From contig OZ024740.1 of the NCBI GenBank assembly GCA_964016885.1, forward strand, positions 36,208,001 through 36,272,000: DNA of 64,000 nt, given 5' to 3'. Position 1 is the stretch's first letter. Every line of letters begins with the position of its first letter. This stretch comes from Eledone cirrhosa. Lineage: Eukaryota. The notes under the pieces are model-generated. The model was not told where the DNA came from. It searched no databases and saw only the letters and a list, made by a program, of their open reading frames with translations. Below are positions 1 through 14,251 of the stretch, in pieces. Both the position numbers and the translations under genes were made by a program.

Positions 1-734
1 AGAGTTTAATTGGTTAGGGACTAGTTCTGGGGCACATTGTTTGAAAGTAATGAAAGAGATATTATGAGGCTAGGTGGGCTTGTTAGTTTGAAGCAGCCGG
101 AGGTACCTTCACTGTTGGTGTGTATGTGTAGCCACTCGTTAGCAGTGGTGTAGTGGAAGGGGACAATTAAGGGGGTAGATTTATTATATACAGTTGAATA
201 CAAACCGATGTGTTGGAAATTGGACATGAATAAACGATAAGTAAGAATCTTTTTCTTTCACGAGTCATCAAATTATGCTTGAATAAATAATGGGTCATTG
301 TCAATATCAGATCGAATTAATTTGACAAAGGATTTTTATCTGATTGTTTGTTGCTGTCAATAGATGAGGATTAATTAGCTGTGCTCTGTGCTATATTTCC
401 TAGATGTGCTAATTGAAAGAAAACCGTAGCAAAGTACGCTGTTTGGGCATTTGATACGTTATTTTCCAATGATTGGACAGACTGAGTCTTTATAAATATA
501 TGTTTAACAATGCTTTTAAAAGCTTTTTAGGGATAGATATTGATCAATTTCACTTGAAATCGAATCCAATCGCTTACTGAATTGATGACATATCACGTAA
601 ATATCGGCAGATTCGCCGGGTTCCGCTGACTCAATTTGTTTTCAAACAAATTTCTTTCTTTGTGTGTAAATATCAAACTTTGATTTCATTTTAGATTAGT
701 TGTTGACAACATGACCGAGTAAAACTACTTCTGG

Positions 735-990
735 GTAGATGTTAAATACACTTACTGCACAGTATCGTGTGGTATACTACTGTAGACTTACCATACTATT
801 GTACACTTACTGCAGAGTCTCACGTCATACATTATTGTAGATGTTAGTACACTTACTGTAGAGTATCACGTGATACACTATTGTATATGTTAAATACACT
901 TTCTGTAGAATCTATTGTAGATGTTCGAAACATCTACTGTAGAATCTGACGTGATACATTATTGTAGATGTTAAGTAAACTCACGTAGAG
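735..990. repeat. degenerate minisatellite (~45-50 bp units)
   Basis: Recurring TACACTTACTGYAGA...CACGTGATACACTATTGTAGATGTTA units. Confidence 0.7.
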
Positions 991-1403
991 TCTCACATGG
1001 TACCGTAAGATGAATAACCTTCATTAAGTGAGATTGTCAAAGTAATTAGTAGATAAAAAAAATCTATCTTTGGCTGTTTAAAATCTAAAAAAACAAGCAA
1101 CTACAGATAACCGAAATTTTAGGCAAGTAAAACGCTACAAATGTGAGTGTATCTTGGATTTAGAGTTTACGTTGTTGATTGATATTTTCCCATTTAATTA
1201 ATCATGTAGAACATAGAGGTTTCATAAACAAAGTAAGTTACTTCGAAGTGGTTGATTAAATGTTGTGTGGTTGATTCAATTAATTACCCAACAGATAAGA
1301 TAAAAAGAAGCGATCGATTTTCGTCAAATCGGACCAAGGAAACAATGTTTTCGCCGGTCTTTCCAGTTGCTAATACTATCTATCGATCGCAACTAAAGGT
1401 AGA

Positions 1404-1480
1404 AGGAGCAACGTGAAATAAAGTGTCTTGCTCAAGGACATAACGCATCGGCCGGTCCAGGAATCGAACTCACAACCTCA
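1404..1480 (-). mobile_element. tRNA-derived CORE-like SINE fragment
   Basis: Reverse complement has a B-box (GAGTTCGATTCC) followed by GTCCTTGAGCAAGACACTTTATTTCACGTTGCTCC, shared with 2447, 32606 and 52108. Confidence 0.75.
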
Positions 1481-1481
1481 A

Positions 1482-1540
1482 ATCCCTTGCCGTCCTCCGG
1501 GGAAACGCCCTCTCCATTCTGTCCGCCAGGGCTGTGGGGA
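1482..1540 (+). mobile_element. CRE-clade non-LTR element, extreme 3' fragment
   Basis: Encodes SLAVLRGNALSILSA; similar to 13241-13359. Confidence 0.6.
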
Positions 1541-2446
1541 GATAAGCCGATTATATTACGAATTCTGTTGAATAGTCTTAAATACGATTAAGAAGTTTCA
1601 GATTTTACAATAAGGAACCGAAGTATAAAGGGGTATCATATACAACTCAATGAAACATGCTGGATAAGTCAGGCTCTTATATTAAAGGAACAATTTCACT
1701 TTGCTTAGATTGTGAATCCAATCTTAGATAAGATATTGTACTTTTTTAATGGAGATTATCATTTGTCATTAGTTATATAAAAATCAACAAATATTTTTGT
1801 GTGCTTCTTCCATGTTGATAATGTAGATAAATCATTTGTGGGAATTGTTAAATGTTTCGAGATGATAGTTAATTCTTCTTTATCATAAATAGGTTTTTTT
1901 CTTAAAATATATTTAAGGCTTTCGGAAATGATAAGAGAAGCCTAAGTAAGCAAATATAAACAATAAACAAAAAAATGGGATAAATGCAAGATAAGACATA
2001 TTTACGAGTATGAATACAAGGAACTTGATCTTGGATAACAATCATGAAAGACAGGTGTGGACATATACACGTATGTGATAGGTACACAACTGGTAAACTA
2101 TACGCATGTAAACATTTTATATTAACCTAAAAACACACTACACTATCAAAGAAACGACATCTAAAAGAAGGACCTCCTCGGGCACGGAGCTAATTTTCAT
2201 AGCCGACCGAATCAACTTCCAAATATTTATTTTATTGACTACGACAAGGATGGTGTGCTTCATTGGTCAGATAAGATTCTAATTCAAACGATAACTGGAC
2301 AATACTAAATATTAATAGAATATACTATTGTAAAATAGTATATACTATTGTAAAATAGTGTTGTATTATCTTCACATCAGTTTCCAATTCAATCAGTTGT
2401 TAGACAAAACTAAATAGTATATTATACGTAAAATAGTGTTACACGT

Positions 2447-2795
2447 GAAGGCGGCGAGGTTAGTAGTTAGAACATTTAACTTACAATCATGAGGCTGTGA
2501 GTTCGATTCCCAGACCGGGCGGTGTGTTGTGTCTTTGAGCAAGACACGTTATTTCAGGCTGCTCCTGTTCACTCAGCTCTAGAAATGAGATTCGATGTCA
2601 CTCGCACTAGGCTGTATTGACATTTGTCTTTCCTTTGGACGACATCAGTGCCATGGAGAGGGGAGACAGGTATGCATGGGCAATTGCTGCTCTTCTAAAA
2701 ATAATCTTGTTCGGACTTGTGCTTCAGAGAAGTACTTTCAGGGAGCAAAATCAATGATCATTCGTGCCGAAGGAGGTCTTTACTCTTTTTTTCAG
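2447..2795 (+). mobile_element. tRNA-derived CORE-like SINE
   Basis: A-box-like head, B-box GAGTTCGATTCCC, then TTGAGCAAGACAC...CTCAGCT..AGAAATGAG core. Confidence 0.75.
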
Positions 2796-3109
2796 TCTTA
2801 TCTTATGTGTTATCTTCACATAAAATTCCAACTCAAGCGGTAGCTGGATAAAACTAAATAGTATATTACATGTAAAATAGTGTTGTATCTTCTTCACTGC
2901 ACTTAATTTTACAACAGACAAATATTGATTTCTGAAGCGGCTACATTTACAGGGAAGGTGCAGAGTTAATAATACCAAATCTCAATTTATTTCTGGCATT
3001 ATTCTAATTGAATGAAAGTCTGAAATAGTTATAATTAGTTATATTAGTTCAGTAAATTTGTTAAATTATAGTAATCTAAACTGCGTCTAATTTTATGAAA
3101 TAATCAGCG

Positions 3110-3295
3110 CAGCGGATTGTCAGTATCGGTAGCGTTACATGCCTTTAAGTTTTGTGTTCAAATCCCGCAGAGGTTAGCTTTGCCTTTCATCCTTATTTGG
3201 TCGATAAAATAAAGCACCAGTAATACATTGGGGTCGATTTAATCGACTTTCCCCTTCCCTTCAAATTGCTGGCCTTGTGCCTAAAGTAGAAACAA
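3110..3295 (+). mobile_element. tRNA-derived Meta-like SINE
   Basis: B-box GTTCAAATCCC plus GCCTTTCATCCTT...GGTCGATAAAATAAAG core and GGCCTTGTGCCTAAAGTAGAAACA tail, repeated more than 10 times in the window. Confidence 0.8.
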
Positions 3296-3407
3296 TTTTA
3301 TGAAATGACTAGACCACCAGTTGGATCACGTTCACTCCAAAATATAAAAAAAAAATCATGTTCACTTAAAATTAATTTTTAAATAATTAAAATATACCCA
3401 GACATGT

Positions 3408-3858
3408 ACTAGACCTGAAAAATGCGCAAACTCAAAAGAGCCACAGAATGTTATAATAAACCTTCAAAAGTGTGGGACTAGAGTTGTTGCTCAAAAGTAT
3501 TGTAATCATTATCTATCGTACACACTGTGGCATCCTTTTATAAAAAAGAGACTCATAACGAACTCAAGACGACACGATAATTATTTAAGCTAATGTTCAA
3601 TATGTCATATTAGATGTTTAGTAATGATTAATACGAAATGCACTTAAACCGAATTCTATATTATAAATTCACTTAAATAATTATCGTGTCGTCTTGAGTT
3701 CGTTATGCGTCTCTTTTTTTTTTTATAAAAGGATGCCACAGAGTGTACGATAGATAATGATTACAATATTTTTGAGCAACAACTCTAGTCCCATACTTTT
3801 GAAGGTTTATTATAACATTCTGTGGCTCTTTTGAGCTTGCGCATTTTTCAGGTCTAGT
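3408..3858. repeat. long inverted repeat (~180 bp arms, ~80 bp spacer)
   Basis: 3408-3589 is the near-perfect reverse complement of 3672-3858. Confidence 0.9.
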
Positions 3859-4630
3859 TTAATATTTTTTAAGGCAACACTTGTAATAACTCTAGTTAAA
3901 CATGATATATATTAATAATAAATTATCGTTGTAATGTAATTAGATTATATAATTTTTATTTTATAAATGATCTTATAAATATTATTGTAAGATGTACAAA
4001 AATATTTTCAGACTTTTAATATAAACAACTACAAAAAACAATCAATATTAAATAAATATATTTTACATAATAATTGTTATAGTTGAATTAATAAAAATTA
4101 AATATTACATTCAAATAGTCTAACATAATAATAATAAAATAATTTAACATAAAACGAACAATAATATGGACAAATATACAAGTAAATATGATACAACCAA
4201 TATTATAAGCATGCTATAACGAACTGAAAAAAAATAGTTAATATAAATTAAAAAAAATCATATATAATTTAACAATATAACTTACCAAAACGAAAAAAAT
4301 ATTTTGATGATAAACGACGAAATACAGGAGGAAGATTCGAAAGCGAAACGATAAATAAACGTGCAAACAAAATGGCGGATGCTTTTGAGCAACAATTACT
4401 CTCGTTGGTTGATTAGTCAATAAGACGATGAAATTAGCCAATAAGACGATACATTACAAAACATATATGGCAGCGATCATCACCACGGCAAGCGACACCC
4501 CTTGAATTTTTTATTCACAAGCTACGCATATATGTCAGACACGCAGACTTAAAACATTCTGTTGTTAGTCAATGCATGTCTAACATATAATGTGAAATGA
4601 AACTGGAAGGCCCATATATATACGTGTGTG

Positions 4631-4697
<67 letters not shown>

Positions 4698-4835
4698 AGA
4701 AGAAGTTCATGAAATGGAAATGTGGGTATACAGAATTTATTAGGTAACAATTGTTTCTATAGTGTATGGGTTACCTATACCTCGCTATTTGAATAATATA
4801 AAAATATTATCATAAACCGAAGGTACACTGTAAGC

Positions 4836-6390
4836 TGGTTCAATAACATTAGGGACAAAAACAAATCTTCTTTTATTCAATTCGATATAGATGAATACTA
4901 TTCCTCTATTTCAACCGAAACCCTGCATAAGGCCCTCTCTTTCGCTAAGACTAACTCGGACCTCACAAACGAGGAAATTAATATTATACTTGAAGCTAGA
5001 CGCACAGTAGTGCACTTTGAAAATAGTTATTGGGTCCGCAGAGATAGACCCTCGGAATTCGACATTACGATGGGTTCTAATGATTCGGCGGAGGTCACGG
5101 ATCTGGTTGGGATCTATATAGCCCATAGACTCCAGAGCGAATTTACGGACCTCCACGGCGGAATATACCGCGACGATACACTTCTATTAGTCAAGAATAT
5201 GAACAAACAAAACCTAGAAAGGCGACGTAAAAACATTAGGAAACTTTTCTTAGAACTAGGGCTTAATATTACCTTCGAACACAATCTTAAGGTGGTCAAC
5301 TTCTTGGATGTCACCTTCAACCTTAATAACGTAATATAGAGCCATTTCACAAACTTAATGAAAATCTCAAGTACGTTAATGTAAAATCGAACCACCCCCA
5401 TTCCATTATTAAATCTATCCCTAAAAATATATCCATAAGGATCTCCCGACTGTCGTCTAATTTGCAGACTTTCAACGAGCATGCTGAATATTATAATGAC
5501 GCACTTAGAAAAGCTGGTTACTGCGAGAAAATAGAATATCTAGACGATAACCACATAAGTACTATGAATAAAACACATCTAAGTCGAACTAGTATTGCAC
5601 CACCCACACACATCAATAGGCATACTAATAGGTGCAAACCAGCAAATAGAGTCAGACGTAGAGAGTACATATGGTATAACCCCGTGTACAATTCTTCTAT
5701 TAGCACTAAGATTATCTCACAATTCTATACACTAATCAATAAATACTTTACAACTTCACATAAATACTATAAAATCTTTAACTCGCGCACCATTAGACTC
5801 TCATACTCCACTGCACCTAACATAGAACAACTAATTAAAAAACTCAACTCAGCAATACTGAATAAGTACATCCCTAATGACTCAGCGCACCAGCATAGCA
5901 ACATACAACGAACTAACACGCAACTACAACCCCACCAAACTATCCAGGATTCTACTGCAAAACATAAAAATAATTCTAACTGCACCAAACCAGGTACGTG
6001 CCCACTAAATAACCAGTGCCTAGCACGCAATATTGTCTACCGATGTACAATAAATTCCGGAACCAACAAATGGTATTACGTCGGATGTACCGCAACTTCT
6101 TTCAAGGCTCGCCTATACCAAAATCGATCGTCGATCAGGCACGAGAAAATGCGCTCCGTAACAACCCTCGCCGATAAAGCCTGGCAGCTCCGGAGGAACA
6201 ATCAAGCATTCTCCCTTGATTGGTAAATTATTGCAGCTGCGCCTGCATAAAAGAAAAATCATCGATTCTGCAAGTTATGCAATTTGGAGATATACTGCAT
6301 TTTAACGTCGGTAAACAAACTTTTGAACAGCAAAATTGAACGTTCCCTATACTGTAACCACCGTTTGAAAACGACTTTTTCTTTTTTTAA
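4836..6390 (+). pseudogene. PLE RT + GIY-YIG endonuclease ORF, frameshifted
   Basis: ORFs 5010-5339 and 5462-6226, plus C-terminal CKLCNLE...LNSKIE..YCNH after stop codons. Confidence 0.85.
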
Positions 6391-6810
6391 ATGCATATAA
6401 TGTTACCTTTTTACACCACCGTTTGCAAATTTCTGTTTTATATGTTTATACACAAGATATGGCTTTCTATAATAATAGTACTAAACACTGTTTTCTGGAC
6501 CCCTTTAGAAATAACCTGCTACTATAATAGCCCCAATAACTTGTCTGTGACACTGTACCACTTTGACCCCTTTAACTAAATTTTGTCCGAACAACACCAC
6601 TAGAAGAATTTACTTCCCCCGCCAACCCTAACACGCCTCATTAAGCTAACTGCTGCCAAAACATTCTCTCCTTACAATCTCTACTAGTCTGACAGTCTCA
6701 AATCCTAAGACTCCCTCCACCTTACTCACTTCCCTCTTCCCCTTCTCTTCCTACCTCCTTCTTTATCTTTTATCTAGTGTATAAAATATTTTCATATCAT
6801 TCCAATACAA

Positions 6811-6927
6811 AGGTCTGACGACATGGTGTGTTTGCTTACAGTGTACCTTCGGTTTATGATAATATTTTTATATTATTCAAATAGCGAGGTATAGGTAACC
6901 CATACACTATAGAAACAATTGTTACCT
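6811..6927 (+). ncRNA. type I hammerhead ribozyme motif with long stem II
   Basis: AGGT-CTGACGA-(CATGGTGTGT..ATACACTATA)-GAAA-CAATTG-TT-ACCT. Confidence 0.7.
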
Positions 6928-7078
6928 AATAAATTCTGTATACCCGCATTTCCATTTCATGAACTTCTCCATATTTTCTCCGGATTTTCAAACACACTTT
7001 ATTATACGTTGAGCAATCTCTGACGTCGGTTGACTCCATCCAATGCAACTACTTAGTAACATTGGAATACAAATTTAC

Positions 7079-7083
<5 letters not shown>

Positions 7084-7157
<74 letters not shown>

Positions 7158-7167
7158 GTGTGTTTGT

Positions 7168-7225
<58 letters not shown>

Positions 7226-7330
7226 TTGCATGTGTGTGTGTGTGTATATATGTGGGTGTCTGTGATCTATATACACTGGTCATAGACATACACACTCACG
7301 CACGTACACACGTATGTATCAACGCACACA

Positions 7331-7380
<50 letters not shown>

Positions 7381-7500
7381 ACAACACTACCAGCTCTCTC
7401 TCTCCTCTCTTTCATTTTCCTTCTCTGTCTCCTCTCCCTCTCTCTATGTCTCTCTTTCAATATACTCTCTCACAACCACTATCTCTTTCTCTCTCTCTCT
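7084..7500. repeat. (TA)n/(CA)n/(CT)n microsatellite cluster
   Basis: Seen directly in sequence. Confidence 0.95.
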
Positions 7501-8064
7501 GTTTATGAAGGTACTCGGAAAAACCTCATATCTCGGGAATCAGGGCTCCGATTTACGCAAAACTTGTTTTATTCCATTTGTATCCCTATTTCAGAGTCAA
7601 CTTCCTTTCAAAATATTTTCCCATTATGCACCATTTTGGCTGTATTACATTACAGACAAGCAAGCAATCAATCACAGAGTTTTAGTAGTATATAGATTAA
7701 CAAAAGTACGATAAGACACACACTCTTACAGATAATACTATTACACAAGTAGAAGTAAATAAATAGAATGAACCTCCGTCTGTTTCAGTGATGAGTGTTT
7801 CAGTTGGTCAATCGTGAAATTAACTTATAAATGACTAAAAACTTCACGAACACGTATACCTCTAACTTAATTATCCAGGAGATTTAGCGTATCACAGTGA
7901 GTGTCAAGGCTGGCCCTTTCAATTACAAGCATAGCTCATCTGAAGGGTTTCCAGGCAGTTTCCGTGTATCCAATTTCACTAGAAAGGAACGGATCAACCC
8001 GGGGTTATAGTACACATAGACATTTGGCTAAGGTTGTGAAATCTTAACCGGTTCAAATTATTTT

Positions 8065-8087
<23 letters not shown>

Positions 8088-8108
<21 letters not shown>

Positions 8109-8850
8109 CACATTCACACACATAAACACACATACACTCACATACACACACATACACTCACACACACATACACTCACACACACATACACACACATACACA
8201 CACATTCACACACACATACACTCACACATCTACACACACACACTGACACACATACACATACACTCTGTCTCAGACTGTCATACATATACACACACACACA
8301 CACACATACACACACATACACACATTCCCACGCACATACACTCACTCACACTCACACATACACACACATACTCACACACATACACACTCACATACACTCT
8401 CTCACACACACACCCATACATACACACACATACACACACATACTCACATACATACACACTCACATACACTCTCTCTCACACGCTCATAGACATACACACA
8501 CTCACACACGTACACTCACACACACCACACACTCATACACACATTCACACACATATACACTCACATACACTTTCTCACACGCACTCATACATATACACAC
8601 ACTCACACACATACACACAGACCCCACACACATCACGCATGCATACACACATACAGACACTCACTCACACACACTCACACACACGCACACACACACACAC
8701 GCACACATACTCTTTCTCTCCCACACACACACTCTTTCTCACACACACTCTCTCTCTCACACACACACACTCTCTCTCTCTCTCACACACACACACACTC
8801 TCTCTCACGCACTATCTCAAACACTCACACACATACAAACATACACATAT
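8088..8850. repeat. degenerate (CA)n compound microsatellite
   Basis: Seen directly in sequence. Confidence 0.95.
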
Positions 8851-9164
8851 ATAGACTCTTTGACTCCACGTAGGAAACTGGCAGGCTGATCGATACTCCA
8901 GTCCTACCTTTATTTAAATGTTAGATTACGATTTAATGTGGAGATCGAAGACTGAATTGCAGTGATTATTAAACTTCCAATAATACACGCTATAAATATA
9001 AACATTATTGAACGTGTTCTATTTATATTCGACAAGCTGACGGGTAGGTAATATTTTAGTTGTATTGTTTCTTAATCAGACAATAAATATTTTGGGAATA
9101 ACTGGAATGGAGTTGAAAGCTTTGCAAATGTCAGTGGAGGTTAAAATTGTGCCGTTTGTATGGT

Positions 9165-9395
9165 TTTAGTTATTAAAGTCAGTATATATTTTCTGTATCA
9201 AGTTGAAATAGTAACTGTTGAATGGTTTTTGTTGTTAAAGTCACCATATATTTTATCGATCAAGTTAAAATAGTGACTTTTGAATGGATTTTGTTGTTAA
9301 AGTCACCATATATTTTATCTATCCAGTTAAAATTATGAATTTTGCATAGTTTTTGTTAAAGTCATCATATATTTTCTGTATCGGGTTAAAATAGA
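9165..9395. repeat. ~60 bp tandem repeat, ~4 copies
   Basis: Recurring TTGTTAAAGTCACCATATATTTT...CAAGTTAAAATAG. Confidence 0.75.
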
Positions 9396-10366
9396 AAGTC
9401 CCCGTATGAGTATGGGATCGATGGTAAGCTTCTTGGTAAGCCTTGATGTCTCTATATGAATGCCCGAGTATTTGTGTTCGGATAAATGGTGTTAAATCGA
9501 AACCATTTAATGTAGGAGTCGGATTCCTCCAAGGGTGCATACTGTCACCTCTCCTCTTCATTATTTTCATGACCAAGATTGACATACACAGCCGTGTTGG
9601 AAGTGGTATCATGACTGGCAAATGTAGAATCAGTCGGCTAGAATTTGCAGATGACATGATGTTACTTAACTCGACAGAAAGTGATCTCCAACTTTCACTT
9701 GATAAGTTTGATTCTGTATTGCTAGAATGAAAATCAGTGCTGTGAAATCTGAGACACTTGTCCTCTCAAGGAAGCCTGCGTAGTACACTCTATATGTGAA
9801 TGGAGTTCCACTGAAGCAGGTGGAGAAGTTAAAATATCTTCAATTCGGTTTTCATGCCAACCCATACTGATGGTCATGGATCTTGGGTAATGACCGAAAG
9901 AATACTATCACGAATACAAGCGGCCGAAATGGGGTTCCTCTGAAGGGTCTTTGGAGTAACGTTACTAGATAGATTGCGTAATTCAGAGATCAGGGATTCA
10001 CTCCAAGTAGAGCCGCTACTTCTCTGAATTGAGAGATCACAGTTCTGATACTATGGCCGTGTGGTTAGAATGTCACAGGAAAGAATAGCTGGACAGATTT
10101 TACGGGCAAAAACCAAGCGGCATGGGACACAGGGGTAGACCTCAAGTAAGATGGCTGAATAACATCCATGAGATAGGCTGGAGATGCTTGGAGGCCCAAC
10201 CGGATCAGTTGGAGACGGCTGCTTCTGACAGGACCTGCTGGCTGGAGTGTTTCAGGACTCTGTCCCCATGACCCTCTCAAGAATAATTGGGCAAAGAAGA
10301 AGAAGAAGAAGAAGAAGAAGAAGAAGAAGAAGAAGAAGAAGAAGAAGAAGAAGAAGAAGAAGAAGA
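9396..10366 (+). mobile_element. RTE-clade LINE 3' fragment with (GAA)n tail
   Basis: GFLQGCILSPLLF...LEFADD RT motifs; downstream YGHGSWVMT-ERILSRIQAAEM; (GAA)n at ~10295-10366. Confidence 0.8.
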
Positions 10367-11139
10367 ATGTGTGCTGTCACTCGGTGTAGGGTTATCTGAA
10401 AACATTTGTGTGTGTACAAAAGAGGGTGTTGAGTCAATGTGTTGCTATTTCATATGTAATTTTGCTGCATTTTAAAATTGTTATTTTTTCCCATTTCCTA
10501 AATCTTCTGAACTTGAGATTGTTGGTAGAAGTAGTTGCAGGCATGGTCCCGTAACTCCTAAATGTGGCGTAGGGACTCCATTTTTACATACGGCGTCTCT
10601 AGGGCATATTAAAACCTGGCGGAGCGCATCGCCTCTCCAAGTCTCAAAATCAGTAGATTTCGCCCAGAGAAGGATGGAGAGATTGAGAGAATTGAAGTAA
10701 GAAAGAGATATAGAGGAATAATCGACCCCAGTACTAGACTGGTACATTTTTATCGTCCTTGAATGGATAAAAGGCAAAGTTGACATCGGCGATGATTGTG
10801 GTAATTTCTTCGGATCATATGTTTTTCAGAAGGAAGCTTATTACTGTCAGCCCCTGGGGCTCTTGAAGTTTTTGTTCCCAAAGTGAAGGAAGAGATCAAA
10901 ACACGGTTTAGATGGTATGTGTGCACTTTCTCTTTTGTGTTACTGAATTCTTTGTGTGGTTTTTGGTAGCCGATTCTCGAGAAAATGTCTGATAAAGTCA
11001 TCTGCTTACCATTGACGTGTGTATATATTATGTTTCTTATCTATCATTGGAAACTTTGATTTACATGGTACATGATAGATCTAACAGTCATTCACCTTCA
11101 ATTACTATACTTTACTTCGGCATAAATTAAGAAAAACCT

Positions 11140-11540
<401 letters not shown>

Positions 11541-11604
11541 AATTGAACGTGACACTGTAGCTGCATGTATCATTGCAGCTAATTGGTTAAGTGCACAGTC
11601 AAGG

Positions 11605-11890
11605 CACGAACAATTTAATACTCCAAGCTTGGCTACTCATGTACTTACCACCTCACATATCTCTTGAACACGTGACTCGAGGATAACACAAACAATTTAA
11701 TACTCCAAGCTTGGCTACTCCTGTTTTTACCACCTCACATGATTCGGTGATAACACAAACAAGCTAATACTCTAAGCATGGCTAATCCAGTGTTGAACAT
11801 CCCACATACCTCTTGAAAATGTGGTTCAGAAATGACACAAACAATATGATACTCCAAACTGGGCTACTCCAGTATTTTCCACCCATATAT
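11605..11890. repeat. degenerate tandem repeat, ~4 copies
   Basis: Recurring ACAAACAATTTAATACTCCAAGCTTGGCTACTC. Confidence 0.7.
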
Positions 11891-12122
11891 TCTCTGCCAC
11901 ATTGTTTAGCAGAAGCCATAAACTGACCCTCTTCCTCCCCCCAAAAACGTATTGAGAAATTTATCAGACCGGATGTAGCTTTTACTCCATGCAGTAAACA
12001 GATCAATTAGACGTGGTCAATAGTTATTGGCTGGAAATTCAGCCCCTCCTAATGAATAATAAGAATAGTTGTGATCTATGATTCGTTATCATGTACACTT
12101 ATCTGGCATTATTACCTTTATA

Positions 12123-12502
12123 GGGCGGTGGTTTGGCAGTATCGGTAGAGCGTCAGACACCATGCTTTGCAGCATAGTTATGGCCCTTTGTGTTCTGAGT
12201 TCAAATCCGCCGGGGTTAACTTTGCCTTTCATCCTTATGAGGGCCGATGAAATAAAGTACCAGTGATGCACTGGGGGAAATCGCTGGCCTTGTCCCAAAA
12301 GTAGAAACTCTCTAGGGCGGTGGAGTAGCAGTATCGGTAGAGCGTCAGACACTATTCTTCGCGGCATAGAGTTACGGCCCTTTATGGTCTGATTTCAAAT
12401 CCCGCCGAGGTTAACTTTGCCTTTCATCCTTACGGGGTCGATAAAATAAAGTACCAGTAATGCACTGGGTAATTGTTGGCCTTGTGCCAAAAGTAGAAAC
12501 AA
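12123..12502 (+). mobile_element. tandem dimer of Meta-like tRNA SINE
   Basis: Two head-to-tail copies starting GGGCGGTGG...GCAGTATCGGTAGAGCGTCAGAC (12123 and ~12314). Confidence 0.85.
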
Positions 12503-13010
12503 ACCTTACATAATCAATCATTTGTGACGAAGATTCCATATCCGTTATATAGTGAAAATTGCACCAAAAATAAATCGTTAGTAACAAAACAGAAATTTAA
12601 TTTTGAATCTACTAAACTTTCACAAGCCATAGATGTTTCTAAGGCAGTCCATGTAATGTTAGATGAGAGTGCTCTACTCTGTCCTTCTTGGCACTCTCCG
12701 TCTCACTTTCCAACTGCTACAAGTAATAGTTAGAAATAAACATTTTCACAGTAATGATAAGGTTGCAATTTTACTTCTACTACCAGTAGACTGCTAGACT
12801 GCAATGTCACCTCTATTACCACATAAATCTTAGACTGGGTTTTACCTTACACTATTTCTTCACTACTAGACCATTAGATAGGCATTCAACAAATCCTCTA
12901 GGCACATCAGCAAATATATTTACTCAAATTTTATATTCCACTTGCTCCAACACTCTGGTGCTTATTAAATGTCTAAAAATATCTGACTGATAAAATGACA
13001 AGTCAGTCAA

Positions 13011-13360
13011 TCATATTGATGACCTCCCCACAGCCCCGGTGGACAAAATGTAGAAGACGTTTCCTCGGAGGACGGCAAGGGAGACGCGCTGGAAAAGCCA
13101 TTCCAACTCGCGAGGCTCACACCTGCGGCTGGCCAGCTCAGCGCCTATGGTGGTGAGTAGGGAGGGGTTTGCCACCGCGGAACGGGAAGATGGACATACT
13201 ATCTGGCCTTTTGCTGCCCCCTCGGTCCAGCCCCGAGGTGTGAGCTGGCCAGCCGCAGGTGTGAGCCTCGCGTGTTGGAATGGTTCTTCCAGCGCGTCTC
13301 CCTTTCCATCCTCCGGGGAAACGCCTTCTCCATCCTGTCCGCCGGGGCTGTGGGGAGGCC
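13011..13360. mobile_element. two inverted CRE-clade 3' ends
   Basis: WLFQRVSLAVLRGN (CRE-type RLE C-terminus) on the minus strand at 13022-13141, mirrored on the plus strand at 13241-13359. Confidence 0.75.
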
Positions 13361-13580
13361 AGCACGTGCGACCCCATTTGCTCACCATACGGATTAACCA
13401 CACTGTTTGACATGCATAAAAAAGATACCCCCCCCCCCTACACTAGTAGAAGAGTTCGGCACAAGAGAAGTCCAGGTGTCTGAGTTTTTAGTAAAAGAGC
13501 TGCTGGTGATCTCCACTGCAACAGCTCTGCAAGTTGGAGATTTAGCATGAGCTGATCATTATCATGTACGACTGTATCGT

Positions 13581-13768
13581 GGTTACTGGTGAAAGCTATA
13601 TCTGAGACGATGTGTAACTGGGTTACTGGTGAAAGCTATATCTGAGGTGATGTTTATCTTGGTTATTGGAGAAAGCTATATCTGTGGTGATGTTTATCAT
13701 GGTTACTGGTGAAAGCTATATCTGAGGTGATGTTTATCTTGGTTATTGGAGAAAGGCTACATCTGAAG
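13581..13768. repeat. 40 bp minisatellite, ~5 copies
   Basis: GGTTACTGGTGAAAGCTATATCTGAGGTGATGTTTATCTT units starting at 13581, 13621, 13661, 13701, 13741. Confidence 0.9.
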
Positions 13769-14137
13769 CACTCTACGACCTGGTTTTTCATTCCTGAGAT
13801 ATATCAAGTTGAACCGAATTGCATGTCTAACGAACACTATCGACAAAGGCAGTTAGAAAACTATTCTATGTTACTTCTGCTAAATTGACGTTCATTAATG
13901 TAGCATCTGTCTGTGTCGCTGATTAGTTACATAGGCAGATTTGTTGAGCACTAACTGACTGGTTCGAAAGGTGATGGCCACCCTGAGACTTCATCAGGTA
14001 ATTTTTTACAAACAACTCACATTCTTTAGTTTTTTCATGTGTAAAGGATTTTACCAATTCTGCCGAAATTTCCGAACACCTTGTATGCTTTCTTTCATAC
14101 ACTGTATATACGCACTGCATACAGGCACACAACACAC

Positions 14138-14168
<31 letters not shown>

Positions 14169-14251
14169 TGTATGTATGTATGTATGTATGTATGTATGTA
14201 TGCATGTATGCATGTATGCATGTATGCATGTATGTATGTATGTATGTATGT

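Larger units (their letters stand above)
4696..7080 (+). mobile_element. 5'-truncated Penelope-like element (Naiad-type) with inverted 5' pLTR, in (TA)n
   Basis: RT motifs FDITMGSNDSAEVTDLVG and GIYRDDTL; thumb YIWYNP; linker NCTKPGTCPLNNQC; GIY-YIG IVY...YVG. 4701-4835 is an inverted copy of 6834-6968. (TA)n on both sides. Confidence 0.9.

Noticed and set aside
21-240. Possible PLE linker fragment (GTSGCFK) on the minus strand
   Set aside because: Too short and degenerate to call
3408-3485. Hammerhead in the inverted-repeat arm (CTGAAAA...AAAA)
   Set aside because: Both arms deviate from the core at two positions
12123-12220. tRNA genes
   Set aside because: A/B-box heads run into the SINE core and do not form full cloverleaves
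13581-13768. Regular 40 bp repeats as a CRISPR array
   Set aside because: Units repeat in full with no unique spacers, there are no cas genes, and the context is eukaryotic
14060-14086. Tc1/mariner TIR-like end (TTTCCGAACACCTTGTA)
   Set aside because: No matching second TIR or transposase found
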